Origin: Hypanus sabinus
Lineage: Eukaryota
Direction: 5' to 3'
DNA length: 64,000 bases
Assembly (NCBI RefSeq): GCF_030144855.1
Contig: NW_026781450.1
Coordinates: 1-64,000 of the forward strand
Made by a program: the position numbers and the translations under genes. Shown here piece after piece: positions 50,252-61,970 of the stretch. Positions within the stretch are counted from its first letter, which is position 1; the number at the start of each line of letters is the position of its first letter. The notes beneath the pieces were generated by a model. That model was not told the origin of the DNA. It saw only the letters and a program-made list of their open reading frames with translations, and searched no databases.

Positions 50252-51649
50252 CACAGAGCTTCAGATAACGCGTCTCCCACTACAAAAACCTTCAGGGTGG
50301 TTCAGTGGCCTTGTTGTACCAGTAGGTGGCAGCACAAGACCATGTTCGGCTGCCCCATTCTGTCAAGAACGAGCTGCACGAGGCTGCCTTTCCACGCATG
50401 CTCTTTCTATCTCGGACATCACATCGACGAGCATAGGGGCTTTGATGAATAACGGTCTGCTGTACCATCTGCTCTGGAATTGACGGCAGGAAACCTGAGA
50501 GGACCCTGCCCACAGCTCAGCAAATCGCTCAAATGTCCCCTCTGTCCGTACACCTCGTAACCTCAGTAAAGCAGCCGATGATAATAAAGGCTCCAGTCAC
50601 CAATCCAGCAGCTTCTCAGCCTTCTTTACCCTACTCTTACGCTCGAGGATGGGACAATAATGTGGATTCCTGACTTCACAGTCTACCTCTCTGTAGTCCT
50701 GTGCACCCTCCCCGCGGTTTTCTCTGTCGAATTTAAAATTTATTGACGAATCTTATTCTACACCACTGCACTGTGACCTGTATGCAAGACCAGCTTTTCA
50801 CCGTAACTCCTGAGATGCAGCAAGTGTAAACGGATTTATTAATTTATCTTTCTCTATCTCAATTCAAAATGTACTTAATTGATTTCTGCGCGCAAGCTTT
50901 TCATGGAATATCTGCACAGGGAGTTCACTGTGGTCAAGCACTGTAATTCCGATTCCCATTATCCTCCCGACGTGTCAGTCCATGACGGCCCCTCTTGTCA
51001 AGAGGAGGTCACCCCCAAGGTAGAGTAATAACTTCTTATATTTCATCTGGCTACCCTTCAATCTGATGGTGAGTATTACTGTTACCTTTTACTTCTTCTC
51101 GCCTGACTATTGCTTCCCCATTGGCCCTCTCCTCCTTCCCCTTCCCCTGTTTTCAGTCTCCTGTCCTATCATATTCATACCACTCCAGCCTTTGACCTTT
51201 CCCTTCAACCTGACTTCACCTATCACATTCCAGGGGGCGTTTAACCCATCCCGCAACTTTTAATTCTGACATTGTCCTTCAACCCCTCGCCGTGCACTTT
51301 TCACTCTCAGTCCTGATAAACGGTCTCGGCCGGAAACATCCAATGTTACACTTTACTATAACACCATCAAGACAGCTGGAGCACTGGATTCCGGCCACAG
51401 GAAAAACCTTCCACCTATTCACCAAAAGATCCGGAATCGACCTTTAGCCGCTTGGGGGCAGCAGCAGTCAGTGTATCGCTGCACATTACCCTGATCGAAC
51501 TGCCCACAGCAACGCGCAAAGTCATGACGGTGCATTTCTAAGAGTGTGTCCTACGGATGCATCTGTACAAATGCTAATATCTGGCACATGCATCTATGCC
51601 TTGTATAGTTATGTAATTAATGGGGGAAACCTCGGTTTGGTGACTTCCT

Positions 51650-52150
51650 GTACCTAATAAAATGGCAACTCACAGTATGTTGGTGGTCCTCTGCCCTTGC
51701 AAGAAATCCGCTCCAACGTTCTACATATTGTGCATTCAGAGATGCTCCTCTGCACACCACTGTTGTAACACGTGGTTACTTGAAACACTGCCGCCGTCCT
51801 CTCAGCTTGAAAGAGTCTGACCGTTCTCCTCTGACATCGGCCATTAACCGGGCGTTTTCATCCACGTAATTACCACAACAGCGTTTCGCGCCATTCTCTC
51901 TAAACGCAAGAGAATGTAGTGTGTGAATATCCGAGGATTTCAGTCGTTTCTGAGATAGGCAAACTCTCCCAGATTGGCACCAATAAGCATTCTCCAAGCA
52001 AAGTAAATTATATCACATTTCTTCCCTATTCTGATGATTGGACTGAATCGCAATGGAACCTTTTGGCCATTTCTGCATATTTCTGCAACACGATTGGCTG
52101 ATGAGACATTTGTATTAACGAGTGCGGGTAGATCTGTCTAATAAAGTGGC
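51650..52150 (-). mobile_element. Tc1-like fragment (segmental-duplication copy)
   Basis: Direct paralog of 34665-35185. Confidence 0.8.
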
Positions 52151-52559
52151 CACATCATCTGGATAATTTGAATGAAAACGTGGATGGATACGATTGTAAT
52201 TTTGAAAAGGACACAATAATTGACGGCGTAATGGATGTTGGACCGGGTTCTCAGCGGAGAAAGCGGGATATCTGTGTAGTCACTGCGTATCTGTAGCCGA
52301 TAATGATGCCACGGAGTGTATGTTGTGTTGTTTTTATTATCAACTCTGCAGACCTTCGCTGCAACTTCTCATCTTTCGCAGTATTCCGTCAAGAGGAGCA
52401 ATTGCCCACCCCGAGGCAGGAACTAACTAACCACAACTTCTGCATCGAATCGCCACGAAATTCCCTGTGACATTCACGGGCTTTCAGTCTGCGGGTCCAG
52501 AGTCAGTGAACCAGTAGACACACACAAATGCATTATGGATAATTCCGCATAATTCGTTG

Positions 52560-52571
52560 AGAGAGAGAGAG

Positions 52572-52605
<34 letters not shown>

Positions 52606-52680
52606 AATCATACATACATACATACATACACACATATATACATACATACGTACATAGATAGATGGATGGATAGCCAGATA
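52560..52680. repeat. Compound (GA)n/(GATA)n/(CATA)n microsatellite
   Basis: Seen directly. The homologous positions in other copies are N runs. Confidence 0.9.
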
Positions 52681-53494
52681 CAGATATAGCAAGTTCACAG
52701 TTCATTCTTAATTTTTGACGTATTCGATTCCATACTCTGGTTCAGCAATATTGATTCTTTCTGTTCTGAACAGGAAACGCAAAGAATTTCCCATAGCTGA
52801 TGTATCACCACAGCTTCTTTATTCACCCAACACGAAATCCCTGTGGCGTTCACGCGCTTTCAGCATCTGAGTCAGGGATGCGGAGAAATATTCAGAAGCA
52901 TTTGGGTTAATTCAGGAAGATCCGTGGAGAGATAGATAAATACACACAAANNNNNNNNNNNNNNNNNNNNNNNNNNNNNNNNNNNNNNNNNNNNNNNNNN
53001 NNNNNNNNNNNNNNNNNNNNNNNNNNNNNNNNNNNNNNNNNNNNNNNNNNNNNNNNNNNNNNNNNNNNNNNNNNNNNNNNNNNNNNNNNNNNNNNNNNNN
53101 NNNNNNNNNNNNNNNNNNNNNNNNNNNNNNNNNNNNNNNNNNNNNNNNNNNNNNNNNNNNNNNNNNNNNNNNNNNNNNNNNNNNNNNNNNNNNNNNNNNN
53201 NNNNNNNNNNNNNNNNNNNNNNNNNNNNNNNNNNNNNNNNNNNNNNNNNNNNNNNNNNNNNNNNTATGTTTCTTTAATCAAGCGACACTGCGGAAACTGC
53301 GACTTTCAATCTCTTTCTATTTTCAACCGAAGACAAAAGAAGAACGTACCGCCCATCAATTACACAGGAAGTGATAGACGTCATAGGGCCAATCGGCGAC
53401 AGCAACTATATCGAGCAACGCAGTACATTTCTTAGGAAAAATTGTCTTCAACGGCACTCCACCCCAAAGTCCGCCAGGGTCTACTCTGCAAACC

Positions 53495-53941
53495 ATGATG
53501 CGGGGAACATATTGTCTTCTGCTGATCGTGGCACTGATCCCGCGTAAGTCAGGTTAACAATGGTTCTGGGGAAGGTAATTCAGTTTCAGAGAACGGGCTA
53601 CCATTTGCTGAGAGAAATTAGACTCTAATTGAATTTCTCCCTTGCAGGGATTCTGGCCATGTATGTGGAGCAGTCGCCCCCTTCCCTGTCAGTTGGATTC
53701 GGAGAGTACAGCACGGTCCAATGCACTCTGCTGAATTCGGACTATGATTATATGTATTGGTACAGACAGCGACTGGACGGGGCAGTAGAAGCTCTTTTCT
53801 ATTCTTCTGTGAAAGATATAGTCAACAGTTACACGTCGGAATCCTACGCGGCAACAAGACCCAGCAGCACTTTCTTTCAGCTGGAACTAAAGAATGCCTC
53901 GCTCTCTCACTCGGCCGTCTATTTCTGCGCCTGTAGTAGCG
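53495..53941 (+). CDS. TRBV: V17: intact TCR beta V gene, family B2
   Basis: Leader 53495-53543; exon 53648-53941. RSS CACAGAG (53942-53948), 23 bp, ACAAAAACT (53972-53980). Confidence 0.95.
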
Positions 53942-54654
53942 CACAGAGGTTGAGAAGTCGAGCCGCCCCTGACAAAAACTGTCCTGCACAATCGCTTAAG
54001 GCTCAGGAACCGCTGTCTCCCACCAAAAGGGGTCGCTGCACATTGAGCCTCAATATCCAGATGCAATTGCCTTTTGATTCTTCCCATCTGCACAACCCAG
54101 TAGGTAATATCAGGAAATCAGATCAGGAGGAAAAGGTACTTCACACAAAATGAAACCGTGAACGATTCGAATTTCTTATGAAGCAGAAGACGTCTGGCCA
54201 GCCCTTTTGGAGTTACAGCAACATTTACAGTTAAGTTATTTGCAGGGATAGCGTTCAAAATATTTCTTACATCGTCAATGGCGGTAGTAGAAAATCTATG
54301 TTGTGCTTGTCTAAATGATTTATAACTGGATTAAGAATTATGTTTCAACCCTCCTGGACGGCTCCAGCAAACCTGTCAGGAAGGGAATTTGTTCACCCTT
54401 GTGTTCAGGTGTAGCCCATCAGTTTTGTAAGTGTCGTCCCTTCCCCAGAACGGATACCTGTGACATCTCAACAGATAAACGGAATTAAGAATTATTGCTC
54501 GATAATAGATTGGTAGAAAGATCTATCCATGGACAGATACAAACTTCAACAGATGGATGGATAGATGGATAAAGAGATAGATTGATAGGTGGATAGGTCA
54601 AGAAAGGGAGAGTGGGAGAGAGTGGGGTGGAGAAAATGAGTGAGGGAGACCGAT

Positions 54655-54730
<76 letters not shown>
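54655..54730. repeat. (AG)n microsatellite
   Basis: Seen directly. Confidence 0.95.
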
Positions 54731-54735
<5 letters not shown>

Positions 54736-55064
54736 ACAGGAAATAATAAGCAGCTGGAGACTAATAACTGCGACTTTATTGGTTATGGCTCCTAGACCTC
54801 TGATTAGTGAAACAATCATAAGAAGTGCATTTCCTACGTCTGCTTCTTCATCAAGCACGGTCAATGTCGTTCAATACCGAACTGTATTTCCATCTTCGCC
54901 CTTCTATCGGCTGCTGAATTGTAATTGTGCTCGTGCATGACGCGCAGGAAGGACGCAGCTGTCAACTGGACAGTAGCATAGCAGTAGTCCAAACAGGAAA
55001 CGCAAAGTGGTTCTCCTGAATGTTGATATTGCGATAACCATTTGATAGTCTCGAACTCGGGCCG

Positions 55065-55460
55065 ATGATGACACGTGGGACACGTTGCATCCTAGTCATT
55101 CTACCGTTGAACCCAAGTGAGTCAAAACAGCACAGATCCATAGTAAGGTGCAGCGTTCTTGCTGGCCTCACGTCGTGCGACATTGGCGGCGGTTTAGCTT
55201 GGGAGAGGGTCAGAACCTCCGTCCGAACTCGTGTCCCTAAACTGCAATGTCAGACCACCAATGACCAAGCACCAGTGGACGGCCGTCCCTTTCCCTTTTG
55301 TGTTCAGTCATTGCGATGGCGCATTTCTCATGTATTATTATTTTTTCATTCGTGCAATGGATGTGACCTCGGTGGTTTTCCGAATGTGGCCGGTAACTTT
55401 TATGTACTCGAGTTCTGTCTTTCTGCCTTTTCAGAATACCTGCTTGATTATTGAGAGTAA
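55065..55460 (+). pseudogene. Truncated V relic (paralog of 38246-38640)
   Basis: MMTRGTRCILVILPLNP with GTGAGT donor, then a DVTSVVFRMWPVT...TCLIIES remnant. No RSS. Confidence 0.5.
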
Positions 55461-55873
55461 GAGTCTGATAGGTTTTCCATCTTACATGGGTTCTGGCCGC
55501 GTACGTGAACGGCGTGAAATGATCAGCAACAGTCGGGTTTCGGGTTAGAAGGGCAGGACACGCACCGAGAATCGTGCGGAACGACGACAAACAGCGGGTC
55601 TTCGGTGTACAGGCATACGGAATGCACAGTGAATGAAGTGATTAGATGACAGGGTCAGGAGTCACTGTGATGGTGGGTGTGTCGAGGGAGAGACGGACAG
55701 TTTATCTGCTCCGCCGGAGGGAGGCTTACATCTCGAGTCGGGGCAGGTTCAAGGAAGGTTCCGCAAAAACATCTACGTCACTGGGATACGTAACAAACGG
55801 GGTAAAAGTGAATGGATTCATCGCTGCTGCATGCAGTTCTTCCATCACTCAGAGAATAAAACCGGCAGCGAAG

Positions 55874-56508
55874 ATGTTCCTGTTTCTGCGGTTCATCCTT
55901 ACCTTCCACTGTGAGTGAATTTGACAAAAAATATTCTTTTTATTTCTTTGCGTCTCTGTTCCTTTCAGATTCCACCTCACTTGCGTTACCTTCCGCTAGT
56001 CTCGCAATCTTTATTTATTTAGTTACGAATCATCGCCTCCTCACACTATCTCCCTCAGCCACCGCCTCTAAATTCCGTCCACCTCTGGAGCTATCCCTAT
56101 TTCAGGTCTTCTCTTTCCTTCCGTCAATGTACCCTCTTTCTCCCCTTCCCTATTAACCATGGTGTCCGTGTTCATTCACCACCTATGCCACCCCCGTCTC
56201 TTTTTCTAGACGCGACCTCGGTGACGATCCACCAGACTCCGGATTTCTCCGCCCTTCCTGGCCAAAAGGTGGCGCTGCGGTGCACAGTCGAGGGTAGTAG
56301 CAGTGCTGGTAACGTGTTGTACTGGTACCGACAATACACTGGAAAGGGTCCGGAGAACGTGTTTTACTCAGCGACAGAAAGGAATGTCCGGCCAGAGGGA
56401 TTGGTCGACGGTTTTACGACGGAGAGATCGCAGAGCAACGAGTTCTTCCTGAAGTCCGACAAGCTGGAAGCGAATTCGTTGGTCGTGTATTTCTGCGCCT
56501 GGAGTGAT
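55874..56508 (+). CDS. TRBV: V18: intact TCR beta V gene, family A1
   Basis: Leader 55874-55910; exon 56210-56508 is open. RSS CACGGCG (56509-56515), 23 bp, ACAAAAACG (56539-56547). Confidence 0.95.
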
Positions 56509-59084
56509 CACGGCGGCTCAGAGTGACGGGGCAGCTGTACAAAAACGGCTCGCTGCTGTCAGCAAAACAGGAAACACGATGCTTGTCAATCATATTGTGG
56601 GAGGTGGGTCTACGTAGTGTGCGCCGAAGCGTCCAATCAGTGAAATAAGGAGCGATTTTGTTGTACAGTAGCTTTAAATTTCCTGCTCTGCTGATGCATT
56701 CAGTTGGGAGAAGACAATCCGCACACTCAGCGTTCCACTCCAGTCTTCCTTGTCACTTGCGGTCTTCCCACACATCTTCGGTCTGGGAGGATCGGAACCT
56801 TTCAGTGCGCCAAAAATGTTCAGTACCCAAGATCAATTTCAAGCTCATTATTTTCTTTGTCTATTGGTGAATGCACAGCATACGGCGAGTACTGGACGGT
56901 TCAGGAACAGATGAAGCAAGTGACATAAGGGTTTGGCAAACACACCGGAAATGGTGGGGAACGTCGAGGGACAGATGGACCACGGTGCAGGAAGGTAGGA
57001 GAGTGCCGGTTAATTGGGAATGATCAGAAACTGGGCGGGATTGGATAACAAGGGTAGGACACACACCGTAAATGGTCGGGATTGTCCAGGTACATAGAGG
57101 CCTCGGTGCACGAAGATAGGAGAGTGCCGGTTAATAGGGATGGTTCAGAAACTGGGAGGGATTGGATAACAATGTTCAGACACGCACCGTGAATAAGAAG
57201 TCTACATCAATGTAATCGAGCTAGGTGTGAAAGCACAGGCTACTACCACTAGGGGGTGGACAAACACTGTGCAAAAATTTATGCTAGATATTTCTCGGGT
57301 ATTTAAAGAGTCACATTACTTATGTAAAAGTGAATTTTCTCTTCGGCTAGTGCCAAGAGCCAGAGATGGAAGCTCAGGCAGGTAAAGGAGGAGAAAGTTT
57401 GAATGCCAGAGACTGCTCTATGCAGGACACAATGTGCTCCATAAGGCTCAATGTATGGCACTCATTATAGAAATTATAATTTTGTTTGTCTCCTCGCATA
57501 AGGATTTAATAAACACACCGTGAATGCTGGTTAATGGTGAACAACAGAGGGCCGTCTTTGTCCTGGGTAGAACACAACCTGCAAATAGTGGGGATTGTCG
57601 AGGGACAGAGGAAACTCGGTGTACAACGCGAGGACACACATCGTGAACCGTGAGGATTGTCGAAGGAAAGCGGAACCTCGTTGTGCGAAGATAAGAGTGG
57701 GCCGGAAAATGGTGGTTGTTAGGAGATGTGGAGGGATGGAATATCGAGGGGAGGGCACGCACCGGATTTGGAGATGATCTGGTGGTGCATCCAGCTGGGT
57801 GGGTGTCGGCTGAGTTAGGGTTGTCAGCTGAACTAGGTGTGTAGGCGGATTTGGGATTGCGACCTGATTTGGGGTTTCCGGCATATAATTGTGTACCAGC
57901 GGATTTGGGAGGGTGTGCGAATAGCTTNNNNNNNNNNNNNNNNNNNNNNNNNNNNNNNNNNNNNNNNNNNNNNNNNNNNNNNNNNNNNNNNNNNNNNNNN
58001 NNNNNNNNNNNNNNNNNNNNNNNNNNNNNNNNNNNNNNNNNNNNNNNNNNNNNNNNNNNNNNNNNNNNNNNNNNNNNNNNNNNNNNNNNNNNNNNNNNNN
58101 NNNNNNNNNNNNNNNNNNNNNNNNNNNNNNNNNNNNNNNNNNNNNNNNNNNNNNNNNNNNNNNNNNNNNNNNNNNNNNNNNNNNNNNNNNNNNNACCAAC
58201 CTAACTATCGATCTTTCTGTCAATCTATCTATACATCTATGTATCTACCTGTTTATTTATTCGCTTAGTTATTTCACAGGACCTGGGGCGGATCTTGGGA
58301 TTTGAAACAGAAGAGAATCGTCAGATGCAGGAAGATGGAAAGCAGCGGTGTTTTGGGCCGCTTATCGAAGAACGGATGAACTAAATTTGGAGAGAGTTTC
58401 AAGGAGGCACACAAGAATGATTCCGACGTTTCGCGCAAAGACACACCATCAGGAGATGTCTGCTGTCAATCAGCGAGTGGACGCCCGAGTGTCGGCGTGA
58501 CAGATCAGGTGACGGGTGTCTAGCCGAGGTCGCACCTTCGCACTTCCTGCCTTGTCACTAAGGATTCAAGTCACTGAACTAAAATGTAAAAACAACGATG
58601 TATCATTGTGAATATTTGATGCACCGATGAGGCCTCAGTTGGAGCATTGAAACCTCTTTTTCGGCCACGTATCTTAAAACGGATGAGCTGAAATTGTATC
58701 AAAGCAGTTGACCGAAAATGTTTCCAACGTTACGTGCAGATATATTTCATCATTTCTTGCCTTCGCTTGCTTTCGGACTCAAGTCACTAAACCCAGCGTG
58801 CGCCCAAATACTCACATTCAATTCCTGTAAAGAAAGAGTTAAATTTGATTCATGCTCAGTGGATCTGTAGAACAGTGCAGTACAGAACAGAAGTTTATAA
58901 GAACAAAACGATTTCAGGCTGGAACCTGGTCAGAGCATGATGATTTAAATGGACACACATCCTTGAGGTTAGATACCGGAGAAAAGTATCATCTTCCTGA
59001 CTGATCTCTCACTCTCTCTCTGTCTCTCTCTCTCTCTCCCGCTCTCTGCAGGCAATCAAGCTAGGTTGAAGGTACAGGCAGCTA

Positions 59085-59098
59085 CCACCAGGGGGCAG
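59085..59098 (+). promoter_or_regulatory. CTCF-like motif upstream of V19
   Basis: CCACCAGGGGGCAG matches the CTCF core. Homologous elements at 1963-1976 (-), 13643-13656 (-) and 57246-57259 (+). Confidence 0.65.
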
Positions 59099-59686
59099 AC
59101 AAGAACTGTGCTAAAATTTCTGCCAGATGTTTCGAAGAGTGTGAAAAGGGAGATGTCCTTTCTCTTAGCTGTTTTTTGTTCTCTTTTGCTACGTGACAAC
59201 TAGTGTCAGAGTTCGAGGTTCGGGCAGAGAGAGAAAGAAAGAGACAGAATGCCAAAGTCTGCTCTGCGATTAGCACAATGTGTCGCTTAGTCTCATCGTA
59301 TGGTGCTCATTGTGAGGCTCTTGGCTTCAGCGAAAGGGAGGTGAAGTGTGGCCCCTCTCCTTGCACCTGTTGTGCAGATTTCCGAAATTTCGAAGCCTTG
59401 TGAGCTTAAATATATCGCAGACAGTGAGATAACCGGGGGAGAGGAAGAAAGAGATTGGGAGGGACGAGGAGAGCGTCAGAGAGGGAGAGTGTTCTGTGGT
59501 CAACTAGCTACAGAGGAAGCGGTAAAGCTTTCGAATCATGTTGGAGCAGGAAAGGGGCATGGCCAATCGACACTTCCGCAAATCAACATACGTCACTGAT
59601 ATAAGAAACATCCGGGGATGAATTGAATGGATTATTTCGCGGCCGCACGCACTGTCGAGACTGAGAGAATAAACCCTCCAAGAAGG

Positions 59687-60306
59687 ATGTGTCTGTTTCT
59701 GCTCTTTATTCTCGCCTTCCACTGTGAGTGAAAGCTGTAAATATTTTTTTTTAATTTCTCTGCTTCCGTATACCTTTCAAATTCCCGTCACCTGTCGTCT
59801 TGTACTCATTATTTATTTAGTTCGAGCCGTCGTGTCCGCACACGATCTGCCCTCTGTGGCAGCCTCTAAATTCCGATCTCTTCTCGACCTTTCCCGACTT
59901 CCATCCCCCTCTTTGTTTACCTCAATGCACCCCCTTTCTCTCCTTTCACATTGACCAGCCTCTCCATCTTCATTCATCCCGTTCCATCCCCCGTCTCTCA
60001 TTTCCAGACGCGACCTCGGTGACGATCCACCAGATTCCGGCTTTCTCCGGAACTCCCGACCAGAAGGTGACCCTGAATTGCAGAATCGAGGGTAGTATCA
60101 GTACTGGTAATGAGTTGTACTGGTACCGGCAATACCCGGGAAAGGGGCCGGAGAACATGTTTTACTCAGCGACAGAAAGGAATGTCCGTCCAGAGGGACT
60201 GGTCGACGGTTTTACGGCGGAGAGACCGCAGACTACCGAGTTCTTCCTGAAGTCCGACAAACTGGAGGCGGATTCGTCGGCCGTGTATTTCTGCGCCTGG
60301 AGTGAT
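59687..60306 (+). CDS. TRBV: V19: intact TCR beta V gene, family A1
   Basis: Leader 59687-59723; exon 60008-60306 is open. RSS CACGGCG (60307-60313), 23 bp, ACAAAAACT (60337-60345). Confidence 0.95.
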
Positions 60307-61174
60307 CACGGCGGCTCAGAGTGACGGGGCAGCTGTACAAAAACTCTCACTGTCAGCAGCATCGTTGCTGTCAGCTGAACAGGAAATGCGAAGTCTGTCA
60401 ATCAGCGGTTGGGAGGCGAGACTATCAGTGAGGCGTTGCGCACTGGTGACCAATCGGTGAGAGAAGGGGTGGAACTATTGCATTTAATGTCTCCCCTTAT
60501 TAAGCATTCATATGGGTGACGATAATCCGCGCACTGATCTCTCCACTCCATCCTTCCTTTTTAATGTGCGGTTTCCCCACATATCTGCAGCGCCAGAGGC
60601 TCGTAACCTTTGAGTGCGACTGGACAGCGCTCATCATGTCCCGTCCGGAAGATCAAATCTACCGTTCTTTATCCTCTTTGTTCACTCGTCGCAGCACAGC
60701 ACAAGCTGGGACGTTGAGGACTGTTGCAGAACAGAGGGACCCCGGTCTATAATGGTCAGACGTAAACGTTGTGAATTGTGGGGAGTGTCGAGGGACAGTG
60801 GGACCACCTTCAACAAGGGAATGACTAACAAACCGTCCATGGAGGGGAAAGCCCAGAGACAAACGGTGCACAATGGGTAGAACACACTCTTTGAAGTACA
60901 GGTTTGAAGGTGGTAGAAAAATCAGGCGAAGGGGAAAGCTGGGCGGATGGGGTTGTGAGGGCTTCTGTATGAGATGCTGGGAGGAGACAGTTTGATTAGA
61001 TAAAGAGAGGAAGTAGAAGTCAGCTGACATTGGAAAGCGGTGACTCATGGGAATAGGTGCAGGAGGGGCAGAACCGGAAGGACATGATGGACAGGTGAGA
61101 CGGTAAGAGGTAGGTTGGTATCACGAAAAGGGAACGGAAAGAGCAAGGAGTGATGGACAAATCCCTAGATCTCA

Positions 61175-61385
61175 GTGTAACAATGGTCCACAGTGTGATT
61201 TCCTCTGGTACTGCGGGTGATCTGATGGTAATAATTATTAGCGACATTATCAGGCCGGTCTGGTCGATGTCCCCCAACATGCCGGGGAAGGCATCGGGAC
61301 GGGCTGTTTCATATCTGTTGATTAAATCGCACATTTCGTCCAGAGCCCGTTTGGCAAGAGCCTGAGGTGGAACGAACAGCGCCTC
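61175..61385 (-). mobile_element. Rex1/Babar-like endonuclease fragment
   Basis: Inverted copy of 10940-11165. Confidence 0.7.
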
Positions 61386-61970
61386 CGAAAAGATGGCCTG
61401 AGACCTAAATTATGAGGTATTCCAGGTCTGGAATGCAAATTCCTTTGGAATATTTGAAGCTGGAAGGCACCTATCCACGGGAAGCAGGATTAAAGTAGAT
61501 GGCGAATGAAACATACGGAAGCGAGGGAGCCTGGACCACCTCAAATCTGTGGATAACATGATGGCAGTCGGATTCCGCTATGCTGTATGGCGACGGAGAA
61601 GGCGGGTAATTCCCGGCATGGAAGTGATGCCACGGTCAAGAAACAATAAATAAATAAATTGGATAACAATTGCGGTGCGTGTTGGGGTCCCGAGAACCTA
61701 CGTGCCAATTTATTTTAAACGTTTTCCTTGTGATATTTGCCACCGCGCTCCGAATCATCTAAACGCGTCCGCTTTGCATGTTTACACCTCGGCTCTTGCC
61801 GTCAGCTTCTCCACAGCGGAAGCCATTCAAAGGAGGTACACCGCTACGGAAGTGACGTGTTGTCACTCAGCCAACGGGAAGACCTTTATCAGGCCGCGCA
61901 GACGTCACTGACATCTGATACCGAGCTTCATTAGGTTCCACACAGCGGAACTACCCTCATCCTGTAAACG

